NCBI GenBank assembly: GCA_012628545.1
Contig: GCA_012628545.1_3035.1
From: a phage
DNA length: 64,000 nt
Strand: one strand, 5' to 3'
The translations under genes and the position numbers were made by a program. The notes under the pieces are model-generated. The model worked only from the letters and a program-made list of their open reading frames with translations. It had not been told where the DNA came from and did no database searches. Every line of letters starts with the position of its first letter. Positions within the stretch are counted from its first letter, which is position 1. This document shows positions 23,343-32,676 of the stretch, one piece after another.

Positions 23343-24458
23343 ATGGAAAAATTTATGGCAGAGTTTGGACAAGGATATGTCCAAACGCCATTTTTATCGG
23401 AAAGCAATTCAGTAAGATATAAAATAAGCATAGCGGGTTCTTGCCCGCTTTCTACAGCAGGACCATACGTTAAATTTCAGGATAATCCTGTCGGAAGTCA
23501 AACATTTAGCGCAGGACTTCATTTAAGAGTTTTTGACCCTTCCACCGGAGCATTAGTTGATAGTAAGTCATATGCTTTTTCGACTTCAAATGATACAACA
23601 TCTGCTGCTTTTGTTAGTTTCATGAATTCTTTGACGAATAATCGAATTGTTGCTATATTAACTAACGGAAAGGTTAATTTTCCTCCTGAAGTAGTATCTT
23701 GGTTAAGAACCGCCGGAACGTCTGCTTTTCCATCTGACTCTATATTGTCAAGATTCGACGTATCATATGCTGCTTTTTATACTTCTTCTAAAAGAGCTAT
23801 TGCATTAGAGCATGTTAAACTGAGTAATAGAAAAAGCACAGATGATTATCAAACTATTTTAGATGTTGTATTTGACAGTTTAGAAGACGTCGGAGCTACC
23901 GGGTTTCCAAGAAGAACGTATGAAAGCGTTGAGCAATTCATGTCAGCGGTTGGTGGAACTAATAACGAAATTGCGCGTCTACCAACTTCAGCTGCTATAA
24001 GTAAACTCTCTGATTATAATTTAATTCCTGGTGACGTTCTTTATCTTAAAGCCCAGTTATATGCTGATGCCGATTTACTTGCTCTTGGAACAACAAATAT
24101 ATCTATCCGTTTTTATAATGCATCTAACGGATATATTTCCTCGACACAAGCTGAATTTACCGGACAAGCTGGGTCTTGGGAATTAAAGGAAGATTATGTA
24201 GTTGTTCCAGAAAATGCAGTTGGATTTACGATATATGCACAAAGAACTGCTCAAGCTGGACAAGGCGGTATGCGAAATTTAAGCTTTTCTGAAGTATCAA
24301 GAAACGGCGGCATTTCAAAACCTGCTGAATTTGGCGTCAATGGTATTCGTGTTAATTATATCTGTGAATCTGCTTCACCTCCGGATATAATGGTACTTCC
24401 TACACAAGCATCGTCTAAAACTGGTAAAGTGTTTGGGCAAGAATTTAGAGAAGTATAA
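23343..24458 (+). CDS. 35: long tail fibre hinge (knee) protein
   Basis: 371-aa ORF directly after gene 34. Confidence 0.9.
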   Translation: MEKFMAEFGQGYVQTPFLSESNSVRYKISIAGSCPLSTAGPYVKFQDNPVGSQTFSAGLHLRVFDPSTGALVDSKSYAFSTSNDTTSAAFVSFMNSLTNNRIVAILTNGKVNFPPEVVSWLRTAGTSAFPSDSILSRFDVSYAAFYTSSKRAIALEHVKLSNRKSTDDYQTILDVVFDSLEDVGATGFPRRTYESVEQFMSAVGGTNNEIARLPTSAAISKLSDYNLIPGDVLYLKAQLYADADLLALGTTNISIRFYNASNGYISSTQAEFTGQAGSWELKEDYVVVPENAVGFTIYAQRTAQAGQGGMRNLSFSEVSRNGGISKPAEFGVNGIRVNYICESASPPDIMVLPTQASSKTGKVFGQEFREV

Positions 24459-24463
24459 ATTGA

Positions 24464-24489
24464 GGGAGCCTTCGGGTTCCCTTTTTCTT
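24464..24489 (+). terminator. rho-independent terminator after gene 35
   Basis: GGGAGCC-UUCG-GGUUCCC hairpin followed by UUUUU. Confidence 0.6.
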
Positions 24490-24497
24490 TATAAATA
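24490..24497 (+). promoter_or_regulatory. late promoter (TATAAATA) for gene 36
   Basis: Exact TATAAATA 24 bp upstream of the gene 36 ATG. Confidence 0.6.
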
Positions 24498-24520
24498 CTA
24501 TTAAAATAAAGGGGCATACA

Positions 24521-25183
24521 ATGGCTGATTTAAAAGTAGGTTCAACAACCGGAGGCTCTGTCATTTGGCATCAAGGAAATTTTCCATTGAATCCAGCCGG
24601 TGACGATGTACTCTATAAATCATTTAAAATATATTCAGAATATAATAAACCGCAAGCTGCTGATAACGATTTCGTTTCTAAAGCTAATGGTGGTACTTAC
24701 GCCGCGACTGTTCGATTTAATGGAGGAGTACATGTTCCTACTATAGGTAGTAGTCAACAGTGCGGTGTTTATCCAGGTAACGGTGATGCAGCTACCTTTG
24801 CTATGGCAAATATTGACATCGTTTCGTGGAATGGTATTGGTTTTAAATCATCACAAGGTTCAGCAGACCGAACTGTTGTAATTAATGCACGTAATGGTGA
24901 TATTAGTACAAAAGGCGTTATGACAGCAGTAGGTCAAATAAGAAGTAATGCAGTTGCTCCTGTAGCAGCAAATGACCTTACTAGAAAGGACTATGTCGAT
25001 GGAGCAATAAATACTGTTACGGCAAATGCGAACTCTAGAGTGTTACGATCTGGTGACACTATGACGGGTAACTTAACCGCACCAAACTTTTTCTCGCAGA
25101 ATCCTGCGTCTCAACCTTCACATGTTCCACGATTTGACCAAATCGTAATTAAGGATTCTGTTCAAGATTTCGGCTATTATTAA
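24521..25183 (+). CDS. 36: long tail fibre distal connector
   Basis: 220-aa ORF after terminator and late promoter. Confidence 0.9.
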   Translation: MADLKVGSTTGGSVIWHQGNFPLNPAGDDVLYKSFKIYSEYNKPQAADNDFVSKANGGTYAATVRFNGGVHVPTIGSSQQCGVYPGNGDAATFAMANIDIVSWNGIGFKSSQGSADRTVVINARNGDISTKGVMTAVGQIRSNAVAPVAANDLTRKDYVDGAINTVTANANSRVLRSGDTMTGNLTAPNFFSQNPASQPSHVPRFDQIVIKDSVQDFGYY

Positions 25184-25191
25184 GAGGACTT

Positions 25192-28100
25192 ATGGCTACT
25201 TTAAAACAAATACAATTTAAAAGAAGCAAAACCGCAGGTGCACGTCCTGCTGCTTCAGTATTAGCCGAAGGTGAATTGGCTATAAACTTAAAAGATAGAA
25301 CAATTTTTACTAAAGATGATTCAGGAAATATCATCGATTTAAGCATTTCTGCTGGTGGTAATATCAGTGGTAATATTACTCAAACTGGTGATTATACACA
25401 GACTGGAAAATTTAATTTAATTGGTCCGCAAATTGTAGAAAGCGGTGGATATATTGAGTTTAATTATCGTACTATTGGAAGTGGGGCTTGGTCTGGTCAA
25501 CACACTGCAAAAGCTCCAATTTTTGTAGATTTAAGCTCAGCTACTTCCACATCTGAATATAATCCTATAATTAAACAGCGCTTTAAAGATGGAACTTTTT
25601 CATTAGGTACTTTAGTTTCTGAAGGTTCGTTGAAGATTCATTATATCAATGAATCTGGCGATTCGAAATATTGGACGTTTCGACGTGACGGCGGATTTGT
25701 TGTTGACGGTGGAGGTTTAGCAGTATCAGGAGGTAGTATAACTACATCTGGAAATATTGCAGCTCTCGGAAATATTACTTCGCCTCAGATTAATACTAAA
25801 AATATTATTTTAGATACAAAAGCATTTGGACAATACGATTCGCAATCATTAGTTCAATATGTTTATCCTGGAACAGGTGAAGAAAATGGTATAAACTATC
25901 TTCGTAAAGTTCGAGCTAAATCAGGCGGAACCATTTACCATGAAATCGCTTCAGCTCAAACCGGTAAAAATGATGAAATTTCTTGGTGGACCGGAAATAC
26001 ACTTACTACTAAATTAATGGGTCTTCGTAATGATGGCGCAATGGTATTACGTCGTTCACTTGCTATTGGCACAATTACCACTGACGAAAATACTAACAAC
26101 TATGGTTCTCCTACTCCAATGGGAGAAAGATATATTGCTTTGGGCGATGCTGCCACTGGTTTAAAATACATTAAGCAGGGTGTTTATGATTTAGTAGGTA
26201 ATTGGAATTCTGTTGCTTCTATTACTCCTGATAGTTTCCGTAGTACTCGTAAAGCGTTATTTGGACGTTCAGAAGACCAAGGCGGAACCTGGACAATGCC
26301 TGGAACGAACGCTGCCTTTTTATCAGTTCAAACACAGGCTGATGAAAACACTGCTGGAGACGGCCAGACGCATATTGGCTATAACTCAGGCGGAAAAATG
26401 AACCACTATTTCCGTGGTAAAGGCAAAACTAATATTAATACTCAGGAAGGTATGGAAGTTAATCCGGGTATTTTGAAATTGGTAACTGGCTCTAATAATG
26501 TAATGTTTTATGCTGATGGCGGTATTACATCTGTTAAGCAGCTTTCAATATATAATGGCATATATTTAGCAGCTAATAATTCTACTGCTGGGCTAACATT
26601 CGCTCCAACTACTACAATTGATGGCACTAAGCAAATTTTGTGGGAAGGCGGTACTCGTGCTGGTCAGAATAAAAGCTATGTAACTGTTAAAGCATGGGGT
26701 AATTCATTTAACGCATCTGGCGATCGTAATCGTGAAACGGTTTTTGAAGTAGCTGATGGACAAGGATATTATTTTTATTCACAGCGTGTGGCTCCAAGTG
26801 GCTCTGAAACTACTGGGCCTGTTGTAACCCAGTTCAATGGACAAGTTAATGCTAGAGGAAGTATTATTACTGACGGAAGTTTTAAAGTTAATGGATTAAG
26901 CACTTTAGTCGGTAATGTTACCATGTCTAATGGTTTGTTTGTCCAAGGTGGTTCTTCTATTACTGGACAAGTAAAAATTGGTGGAACTGCTGATGCATTA
27001 AGAATTTGGAATGCCGAATACGGTGCTATTTTCCGTCGCTCAGAAACAGCATTACATATTATCCCGACTCCTAAAGATGCCGGTGAAAGTGGTGGAATAA
27101 GTAATCTCCGCCCACTTAGTATTAGTCTTAATAATGGTATGGTACAAATGCGCCATTCTGTTACGTTAGGCGATGATGGCGCTGGCGGTAATATGATTAC
27201 TGTGGACAACGATACCAAACTTGTTGTTGTTACTAGTCATAGTCGTATTTCTCCTAATTACCGTATGCAGGTAGGACAAGCAGCTTATATTGATGCTGAA
27301 TGTACTGACACCGTTCGCCCGGCTGGTGCAGGGTCTTTTGCTTCACAAAATAATGAAAACGTTCGTGCTCCGTTCTATATGAATATTAATCGCACAGATA
27401 CAAGTACTTACGTTCCTATTTTAAAACAACGTTATGTTCAAGGAAATAGCTGTTATTCTTTAGGTACTTTAATAAATGGCGGTAACTTCAGAGTTCATTA
27501 TCATGAAGGTGGAGACGGAAGTTCAACAGGCGCAATTATAAAAGATTTAGGCTGGGAATTTACACGTTCTGGTGATTTTATATCTCCTAAGCGCATTTCT
27601 GCTGGGGGTTCAGTTTATTTAGGTACAGACGGTAACATTACTGGTGGTTCTGGTAATTTTGCCAACTTAAATAGTACAATTGAATCACTTAAAACTGATA
27701 TTGTTTCAAGTTATCCTATTGGAGCTCCGATTCCTTGGCCTACTGATACACCTCCTGAAGGTTATGCCATAATGGAAGGTCAAACATTTGATGTTGGCTT
27801 GTATCCTAAGTTAGCTGCGGTGTATCCTTCCGGCTCTCTGCCTGATATGCGCGGGCAAACTATCAAGGGTAAACCATCTGGGCGTGCTGTATTAAGTACA
27901 GAAGCAGACGGTGTTAAGTCACATAGTCATAGTGCAAGTGCATCAAGCACGGATTTGGGTACTAAGACCACATCAAGCTTTGACTATGGTACTAAGACGA
28001 CAAGTAGTTTCGACTATGGTACTAAGACCAGTAATAATACTGGTGCTCATACGCATAGTTTGAGCGGTTCCACAAACACCGCCGGTGCGCACAGCCACAC

Positions 28101-28413
28101 AAGCGCTCTTTATGCGGGAAGTAACAACTCTCCTGGTACTGGTTCTATAAGAGGATCCGCCGGTGGTGGTAATACGCTTGGAACTTCTTCTTCTGGGGCA
28201 CATTCGCACTCTATATCTGGTACTGCTGCAAGCGCAGGCGCTCACGCGCATACTGTTGGTATTGGTGCTCATACCCATACTGTAGGTATCGGTGCTCATA
28301 CCCACACGGTAGCAATTGGCTCGCATGGTCATACTATCACTGTAAATAGTACAGGTAATACAGAAAACACGGTTAAAAACATTGCTTTTAACTATATTGT
28401 TCGTTTAGCATAA
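25192..28413 (+). CDS. 37: long tail fibre distal subunit (receptor-binding tip)
   Basis: 1073-aa ORF; His-X-His repeats and conserved C-terminus [11 protein letters not shown] as in T4-type gp37. Confidence 0.9.
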   Translation: MATLKQIQFKRSKTAGARPAASVLAEGELAINLKDRTIFTKDDSGNIIDLSISAGGNISGNITQTGDYTQTGKFNLIGPQIVESGGYIEFNYRTIGSGAWSGQHTAKAPIFVDLSSATSTSEYNPIIKQRFKDGTFSLGTLVSEGSLKIHYINESGDSKYWTFRRDGGFVVDGGGLAVSGGSITTSGNIAALGNITSPQINTKNIILDTKAFGQYDSQSLVQYVYPGTGEENGINYLRKVRAKSGGTIYHEIASAQTGKNDEISWWTGNTLTTKLMGLRNDGAMVLRRSLAIGTITTDENTNNYGSPTPMGERYIALGDAATGLKYIKQGVYDLVGNWNSVASITPDSFRSTRKALFGRSEDQGGTWTMPGTNAAFLSVQTQADENTAGDGQTHIGYNSGGKMNHYFRGKGKTNINTQEGMEVNPGILKLVTGSNNVMFYADGGITSVKQLSIYNGIYLAANNSTAGLTFAPTTTIDGTKQILWEGGTRAGQNKSYVTVKAWGNSFNASGDRNRETVFEVADGQGYYFYSQRVAPSGSETTGPVVTQFNGQVNARGSIITDGSFKVNGLSTLVGNVTMSNGLFVQGGSSITGQVKIGGTADALRIWNAEYGAIFRRSETALHIIPTPKDAGESGGISNLRPLSISLNNGMVQMRHSVTLGDDGAGGNMITVDNDTKLVVVTSHSRISPNYRMQVGQAAYIDAECTDTVRPAGAGSFASQNNENVRAPFYMNINRTDTSTYVPILKQRYVQGNSCYSLGTLINGGNFRVHYHEGGDGSSTGAIIKDLGWEFTRSGDFISPKRISAGGSVYLGTDGNITGGSGNFANLNSTIESLKTDIVSSYPIGAPIPWPTDTPPEGYAIMEGQTFDVGLYPKLAAVYPSGSLPDMRGQTIKGKPSGRAVLSTEADGVKSHSHSASASSTDLGTKTTSSFDYGTKTTSSFDYGTKTSNNTGAHTHSLSGSTNTAGAHSHTSALYAGSNNSPGTGSIRGSAGGGNTLGTSSSGAHSHSISGTAASAGAHAHTVGIGAHTHTVGIGAHTHTVAIGSHGHTITVNSTGNTENTVKNIAFNYIVRLA
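27958..28030 (+). repeat. tandem 30-nt coding repeat in gene 37 ([10 protein letters not shown] x2.3)
   Basis: Two full and one partial copies with identical peptide but different serine codon families. Confidence 0.6.
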
Positions 28414-28417
28414 GGAG

Positions 28418-28433
28418 AGGGGCTTCGGCCCCT
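28418..28433 (+). promoter_or_regulatory. hairpin between Shine-Dalgarno and AUG of gene 38
   Basis: AAGGAGAGG then GGGGC-UUCG-GCCCC then UUCUAAAU AUG. Confidence 0.45.
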
Positions 28434-28440
28434 TCTAAAT

Positions 28441-28992
28441 ATGAAAATCTATCATTATTATTTTGACACTAAAGAATTTTACAAAGAAGAAAATTACAAA
28501 CCTGTTAAAGGTCTCGGTCTTCCTGCTCATTCAACAATTAAAAAACCTTTAGAACCTAAAGAAGGATACGCAGTTGTATTTGATGAACGTACTCAAGATT
28601 GGATTTATGAAGAAGACCATCGCGGCAAACGAGCATGGACTTTTAATAAAGAAGAAATTTTTATAAGTGACATTGGAAGCCCGGTTGGTATAACCTTTGA
28701 TGAGCCCGGCGAATTTGATATATGGACTGATGACGGTTGGAAAGAAGACGAAACATATAAACGCGTTTTAATTCGCAATAGAAAAATTGAAGAATTATAC
28801 AAAGAATTTCAAGTTTTAAATAATATGATTGAAGCTTCTGTCGCGAATAAAAAGGAAAAATTCTATTATAAAAACCTTAAGCGATTCTTTGCTCTTTTAG
28901 AAAAGCATGAGCATTTAGGTGGTGAATTTCCCGCATGGCCTGAAAAAGAACGGAAACCTTGGTATAAGCGTTTATTCAAGCATTACGTATAA
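28441..28992 (+). CDS. 38: tail fibre assembly chaperone
   Basis: 183-aa ORF; matches T4-type gp38 by length and sequence recall. Confidence 0.85.
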   Translation: MKIYHYYFDTKEFYKEENYKPVKGLGLPAHSTIKKPLEPKEGYAVVFDERTQDWIYEEDHRGKRAWTFNKEEIFISDIGSPVGITFDEPGEFDIWTDDGWKEDETYKRVLIRNRKIEELYKEFQVLNNMIEASVANKKEKFYYKNLKRFFALLEKHEHLGGEFPAWPEKERKPWYKRLFKHYV

Positions 28993-28995
28993 ATA
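28988..28995 (+). promoter_or_regulatory. late promoter (TATAAATA) for holin t
   Basis: Exact TATAAATA overlapping the gene 38 stop, 18 bp upstream of the t ATG. Confidence 0.55.
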
Positions 28996-29012
28996 TCTTA
29001 AAAGGAGGGTCT

Positions 29013-29669
29013 ATGGCAGCACCTAGAATATCATTTTCGCCCTCTGATATTCTGTTTGGTGTTCTAGATCGCTTGTTCAAAGATAACGCTACCGGGAAAG
29101 TTCTTGCTTCCCGGGTAGCTGTCGTAATTCTTTTATTTATGATGGCGATTGTTTGGTATAGGGGAGATAGTTTCTTTGAGTACTATAAGCAATCAAAGTA
29201 TGAAACATACAGTGAAATTATTGAAAAGGAAAGAAATGCACGCTTTGAATCTGTCGCCCTGGAACAACTCCAGATAGTTCATATATCATCTGAGGCAGAC
29301 TTTAGTGCGGTGTATTCTTTCCGCCCTAAAAACTTAAACTATTTTGTTGATATTATAGCATACGAAGGAAGATTACCTTCAACAATAACTGAAAAATCAC
29401 TTGGAGGATATCCTGTTGATAAAACTATGGATGAATATACAGTTCATTTAAATGGACGTCATTATTATTCCAACTCAAAATTTGCTTTTTTACCAACTAA
29501 AAAGCCTACTCCCGAAATAAACTACATGTACAGTTGTCCATATTTTAATTTGGATAATATCTATGCTGGAACGATAACCATGTACTGGTATAGAAATGAT
29601 CATATAAGTAATGACCGCCTTGAATCAATATGTGCTCAGGCGGCCAGAATATTAGGAAGGGCTAAATAA
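29013..29669 (+). CDS. t: holin
   Basis: 218-aa ORF with a single N-terminal transmembrane segment after a late promoter; T4 T holin. Confidence 0.9.
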   Translation: MAAPRISFSPSDILFGVLDRLFKDNATGKVLASRVAVVILLFMMAIVWYRGDSFFEYYKQSKYETYSEIIEKERNARFESVALEQLQIVHISSEADFSAVYSFRPKNLNYFVDIIAYEGRLPSTITEKSLGGYPVDKTMDEYTVHLNGRHYYSNSKFAFLPTKKPTPEINYMYSCPYFNLDNIYAGTITMYWYRNDHISNDRLESICAQAARILGRAK

Positions 29670-29942
29670 TTATTTGTTCGTATACATCTCTAGATATCGA
29701 TATACACCCTCAAAACCCTCGTTGAATTCGTCGATGAGGGTTTTCTTATCTTCTTGAGTTAATTCAGAAACAATTTTACGGAATGAATTCTGATTTAATT
29801 TTCTACCTTCATGCGTTACTCCAATCTCATTCAGAAATGCAATAAAATTAGCACGATTCTCAACAATATCTTCTCGGGAAAATTTAATCAAAATAGACGC
29901 AACAGTAATAATTTCACGAACTGTATCAATGTTTTTATTCAT
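29670..29942 (-). CDS. asiA: anti-sigma70 factor
   Basis: 90-aa ORF beginning MNKNIDTVREIITVASIL; matches T4 AsiA. Confidence 0.85.
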   Translation of the reverse strand: MNKNIDTVREIITVASILIKFSREDIVENRANFIAFLNEIGVTHEGRKLNQNSFRKIVSELTQEDKKTLIDEFNEGFEGVYRYLEMYTNK

Positions 29943-29970
29943 TAACTATACCACTCAATTAGTTGACTTT

Positions 29971-30003
29971 ATTATAATATCATCAGACACTTGATTTGTA
30001 AAC
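29971..30003 (-). promoter_or_regulatory. early promoter for asiA
   Basis: GTTTAC (rc of 29998..30003) and ATATTATAAT -10 on minus strand. Confidence 0.45.
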
Positions 30004-30103
30004 TGATCTGTGTTATTTTCTTTAAAAATTTTTTCTACGAATTCCTTGAACGACTCACGTTCCTGAGCTACATTATGCTCGATTACCTTTTCAAGATTAT
30101 GAC

Positions 30104-30382
30104 TCATTCGAAATAATCTTCAATTTCATAATCATGGACATAAATCATTATAGTTTTTAATACATCATCAATACTTTTTCCTGGAGCTGGAATTACGTAA
30201 AAATATCCTGCTTTTGAGAGGTCTTTGTAAGTTCCAATCAAGAAATCATTATTCTCAAGATGTAGTTCTTCAACTAATTCATTAACAATTGAGTGGTATA
30301 AATTTGGTAGAAACTTATATAGCTTTTCTAGAATATCAATTTTGATTGTATATTGAACCACGGACTGAGAATCAATAATCAT
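30104..30382 (-). CDS. arn: anti-restriction protein Arn (McrBC inhibitor)
   Basis: 92-aa acidic ORF; length and synteny match T4 Arn. Confidence 0.7.
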   Translation of the reverse strand: MIIDSQSVVQYTIKIDILEKLYKFLPNLYHSIVNELVEELHLENNDFLIGTYKDLSKAGYFYVIPAPGKSIDDVLKTIMIYVHDYEIEDYFE

Positions 30383-30465
30383 AGACCTTCCCCTTATGTT
30401 TCTGTTTGCGATTAGATTCTTTAAACGCTTTCTTCTTATCTTTATGAACAGAAGCTTTATTAAAA

Positions 30466-30684
30466 TTATGTTTTGCGACTAAATTGTTCATAGTGCTGAA
30501 TTACCTCTCTTAAACATTTGCATGTGAATGAAAACTTTTTAGCTACACCACATTCAAATATATGTTCTCTTAAATCGCGTGTATCGGTATATCCCATCTC
30601 AACAATAAAGTGCCTTATCAGATTTTTATCTTTATCATTCAGAGAGTTAAAATAGTCAGATTTTGAATTAATTTCCCTGGCCAA
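30466..30684 (-). CDS. hypothetical protein
   Basis: 72-aa ORF. Confidence 0.45.
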   Translation of the reverse strand: MAREINSKSDYFNSLNDKDKNLIRHFIVEMGYTDTRDLREHIFECGVAKKFSFTCKCLREVIQHYEQFSRKT

Positions 30685-30964
30685 ATTGAATCACCTTCAG
30701 TTGACGTTTTAGCTCTTTTATCATCTCTTCGTTCATCGCAATATAAAGATCGCGTAAAGCAGGTTTTAGCATGTCATTTATTATAGAACTAAATGGACAT
30801 ACATAATCTTTTCCTACAAGCTTTTTGGTGAATTCCATATCGCAGAACTTAAATCCCGGCTCATTGGTATAAATTCCCCAATTAGTTGACATCATTTTAT
30901 TAGCATATTCCAGTGCCTGGATTTGATTCATAATTCCATCGATTTGAAACTTTTTAATATTCAT
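30668..30964 (-). CDS. hypothetical protein
   Basis: 98-aa ORF. Confidence 0.5.
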   Translation of the reverse strand: MNIKKFQIDGIMNQIQALEYANKMMSTNWGIYTNEPGFKFCDMEFTKKLVGKDYVCPFSSIINDMLKPALRDLYIAMNEEMIKELKRQLKVIQFGQGN

Positions 30965-31425
30965 TAGTAAAGGTCCTCAGAGTAAAGTTCTTTTTCACTA
31001 CCACCGCGTTCAATACGTACTTGTCCGGCGTAAGTTGCAATAATCATTGCTTCTTCACGTGTCCAATAATTACTATATTGGTCAATAAACCCTTGGTCAT
31101 CATCACAAACTTGCTGAGTAACTAATTGAGGTTTAACTACATCTAAAACTTCTGCCATATCTTTAGAATAATGACGAGCACCTGGAATAATAAGAGTTCG
31201 TCCATCTTTTAATTTAAAACGGTTGGCTGCGCAAACAATTCGTCGTTGATATTTTTGATTTTCGTCCCAATATGCAGACTGCCAACAGATTTCAGGAACT
31301 TCTTTCAGAATATCTTCTTCTGTGCATTTATAACCATGCGCTTTAAATTTTTCAACAAGACTTTCTGGAGTCTCACGAGATAAAGGAACATTCAACATTT
31401 TTAAACGATTAATAAATGGGTTCAT
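30964..31425 (-). CDS. hypothetical protein
   Basis: 153-aa ORF, start overlaps upstream stop. Confidence 0.5.
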   Translation of the reverse strand: MNPFINRLKMLNVPLSRETPESLVEKFKAHGYKCTEEDILKEVPEICWQSAYWDENQKYQRRIVCAANRFKLKDGRTLIIPGARHYSKDMAEVLDVVKPQLVTQQVCDDDQGFIDQYSNYWTREEAMIIATYAGQVRIERGGSEKELYSEDLY

Positions 31426-31751
31426 TTAAACCATCCTTTAATACGCTGCCACAAAGTTTTCTGTTGAGCTTTGTTAACACCAATTGAGCGAATAACTGGT
31501 TGAGATTCCTGGAATTCTTTATAATCAGCAAGGTAAATTTCATAAGCCGCTTGAACAAAAGTACTGATCGCTGCCATAAAGTTCTTGCGAATTCCCATAG
31601 AGGCTTCAGAACCGCCACGGATGATTAAATATTTACCAGTCTTAATCTTTACGATACTTCCAAGATAAGCTCCATGGTACCAGATATCCCAACCCTCTTG
31701 AGTAGGTTCTGCACAACGACGAAGTTCATTGATAATTTCTAACTTGTTCAT
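31422..31751 (-). CDS. hypothetical protein
   Basis: 109-aa ORF. Confidence 0.5.
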   Translation of the reverse strand: MNKLEIINELRRCAEPTQEGWDIWYHGAYLGSIVKIKTGKYLIIRGGSEASMGIRKNFMAAISTFVQAAYEIYLADYKEFQESQPVIRSIGVNKAQQKTLWQRIKGWFK

Positions 31752-31761
31752 TATTTATTCC

Positions 31762-32397
31762 TCACAGTTCAGATGCTACAGTGATTACAGCTTCAATGTT
31801 TTCTGCTGAACGTTTAATGTCAAGATACACATTACCGTTTTTAGCGATTTTACATGACATTCCGATATCAGTAAATTTCTGAATATGATGTTCCATCATT
31901 TTGTATCCAAAAATTCGCATGTTTCCATTGTTGTTAATTTCAAAATTACGAATTCCGTGAGTGCGTTTTTCTAAAATAGCGAGATAGTTACTGCGATAAG
32001 TTTCGACCTTTTTAAGAACAAATCCATTTTCATCTAAAAGTTTTAACATGAAGTCTTTATCTTCTTCCATATCAGAAGTAATCTCACGAGATTTACGAGT
32101 TGCTCGTTTTTTCAGCAGTTCCGGAGCATTTTCCTGTGCGTATAAAGTTGCTGCGTTTGAAATAATATCCTGAGCTTCACCAGTAATGATTAATCCATCA
32201 CCAGATTTCTCTACCAGGCCCTTTTTAATCAATACACCAATATTACTATTAACTACTGCGTTACCTAAATCTGGATGCACCTCACGAACTTCTGCAGCTG
32301 TAATGAAATCTTTCTTAGCAATAGTAATTAAAATCGCAGCAGTTTTTTCATTCAGAACATCGTTAGAAGCTTTGATGATGTAAGTTACTTTAGACAT
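31762..32397 (-). CDS. motA: middle-promoter transcription activator MotA
   Basis: 211-aa ORF; matches T4 MotA by length and sequence recall. Confidence 0.9.
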   Translation of the reverse strand: MSKVTYIIKASNDVLNEKTAAILITIAKKDFITAAEVREVHPDLGNAVVNSNIGVLIKKGLVEKSGDGLIITGEAQDIISNAATLYAQENAPELLKKRATRKSREITSDMEEDKDFMLKLLDENGFVLKKVETYRSNYLAILEKRTHGIRNFEINNNGNMRIFGYKMMEHHIQKFTDIGMSCKIAKNGNVYLDIKRSAENIEAVITVASEL

Positions 32398-32424
32398 TTT
32401 CTAATCTCCGTAATTCTGTATCAG

Positions 32425-32468
32425 TAGTTGATAGTTGTATAGTACCACAGTATGCTTTGGTTGTAAAC
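32425..32468 (-). promoter_or_regulatory. early promoter for motA (conserved family)
   Basis: GTTTAC, 15 bp, TGGTACTATACAACTATCAACTACTGA. Confidence 0.5.
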
Positions 32469-32489
32469 CGTTTTGTGAAAAAATTTTTG

Positions 32490-32522
32490 AAATAAAAAAA
32501 AGGGAGAGCCTCGGCTCTCCCT
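32490..32522 (-). terminator. rho-independent terminator
   Basis: GGGAGAGCC-UCGG-CUCUCCC hairpin with A/T runs. Confidence 0.55.
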
Positions 32523-32526
32523 AAAA

Positions 32527-32676
32527 TTACTGCATGACTGTGATAACTGTCATGATAACACGTTGAATTCCGAACGCAAGAAGACCTCCTGCTACGGCTG
32601 GAACAACACCTAAACCCGCCAGTAAAATGCTACCAGATACTAATGCAGCGCTTGTAATACCAATGAATGGACTCAT
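32527..32676 (-). CDS. small hydrophobic protein (49 aa)
   Basis: Hand-translated MSPFIGITSAALVSGSILLAGLGVV...; ATG overlaps gene 52 stop (ATGA); below ORF-track cutoff. Confidence 0.4.
   Translation of the reverse strand: MSPFIGITSAALVSGSILLAGLGVVPAVAGGLLAFGIQRVIMTVITVMQ

Noticed and set aside
26775-27218. Minus-strand ORFs inside tail fibre genes (also 20881-21123, 27973-28332, 25149-25346)
   Set aside because: Embedded antisense in long plus-strand late genes; Pro/Ser/Thr/Arg-rich translations typical of antisense frames.
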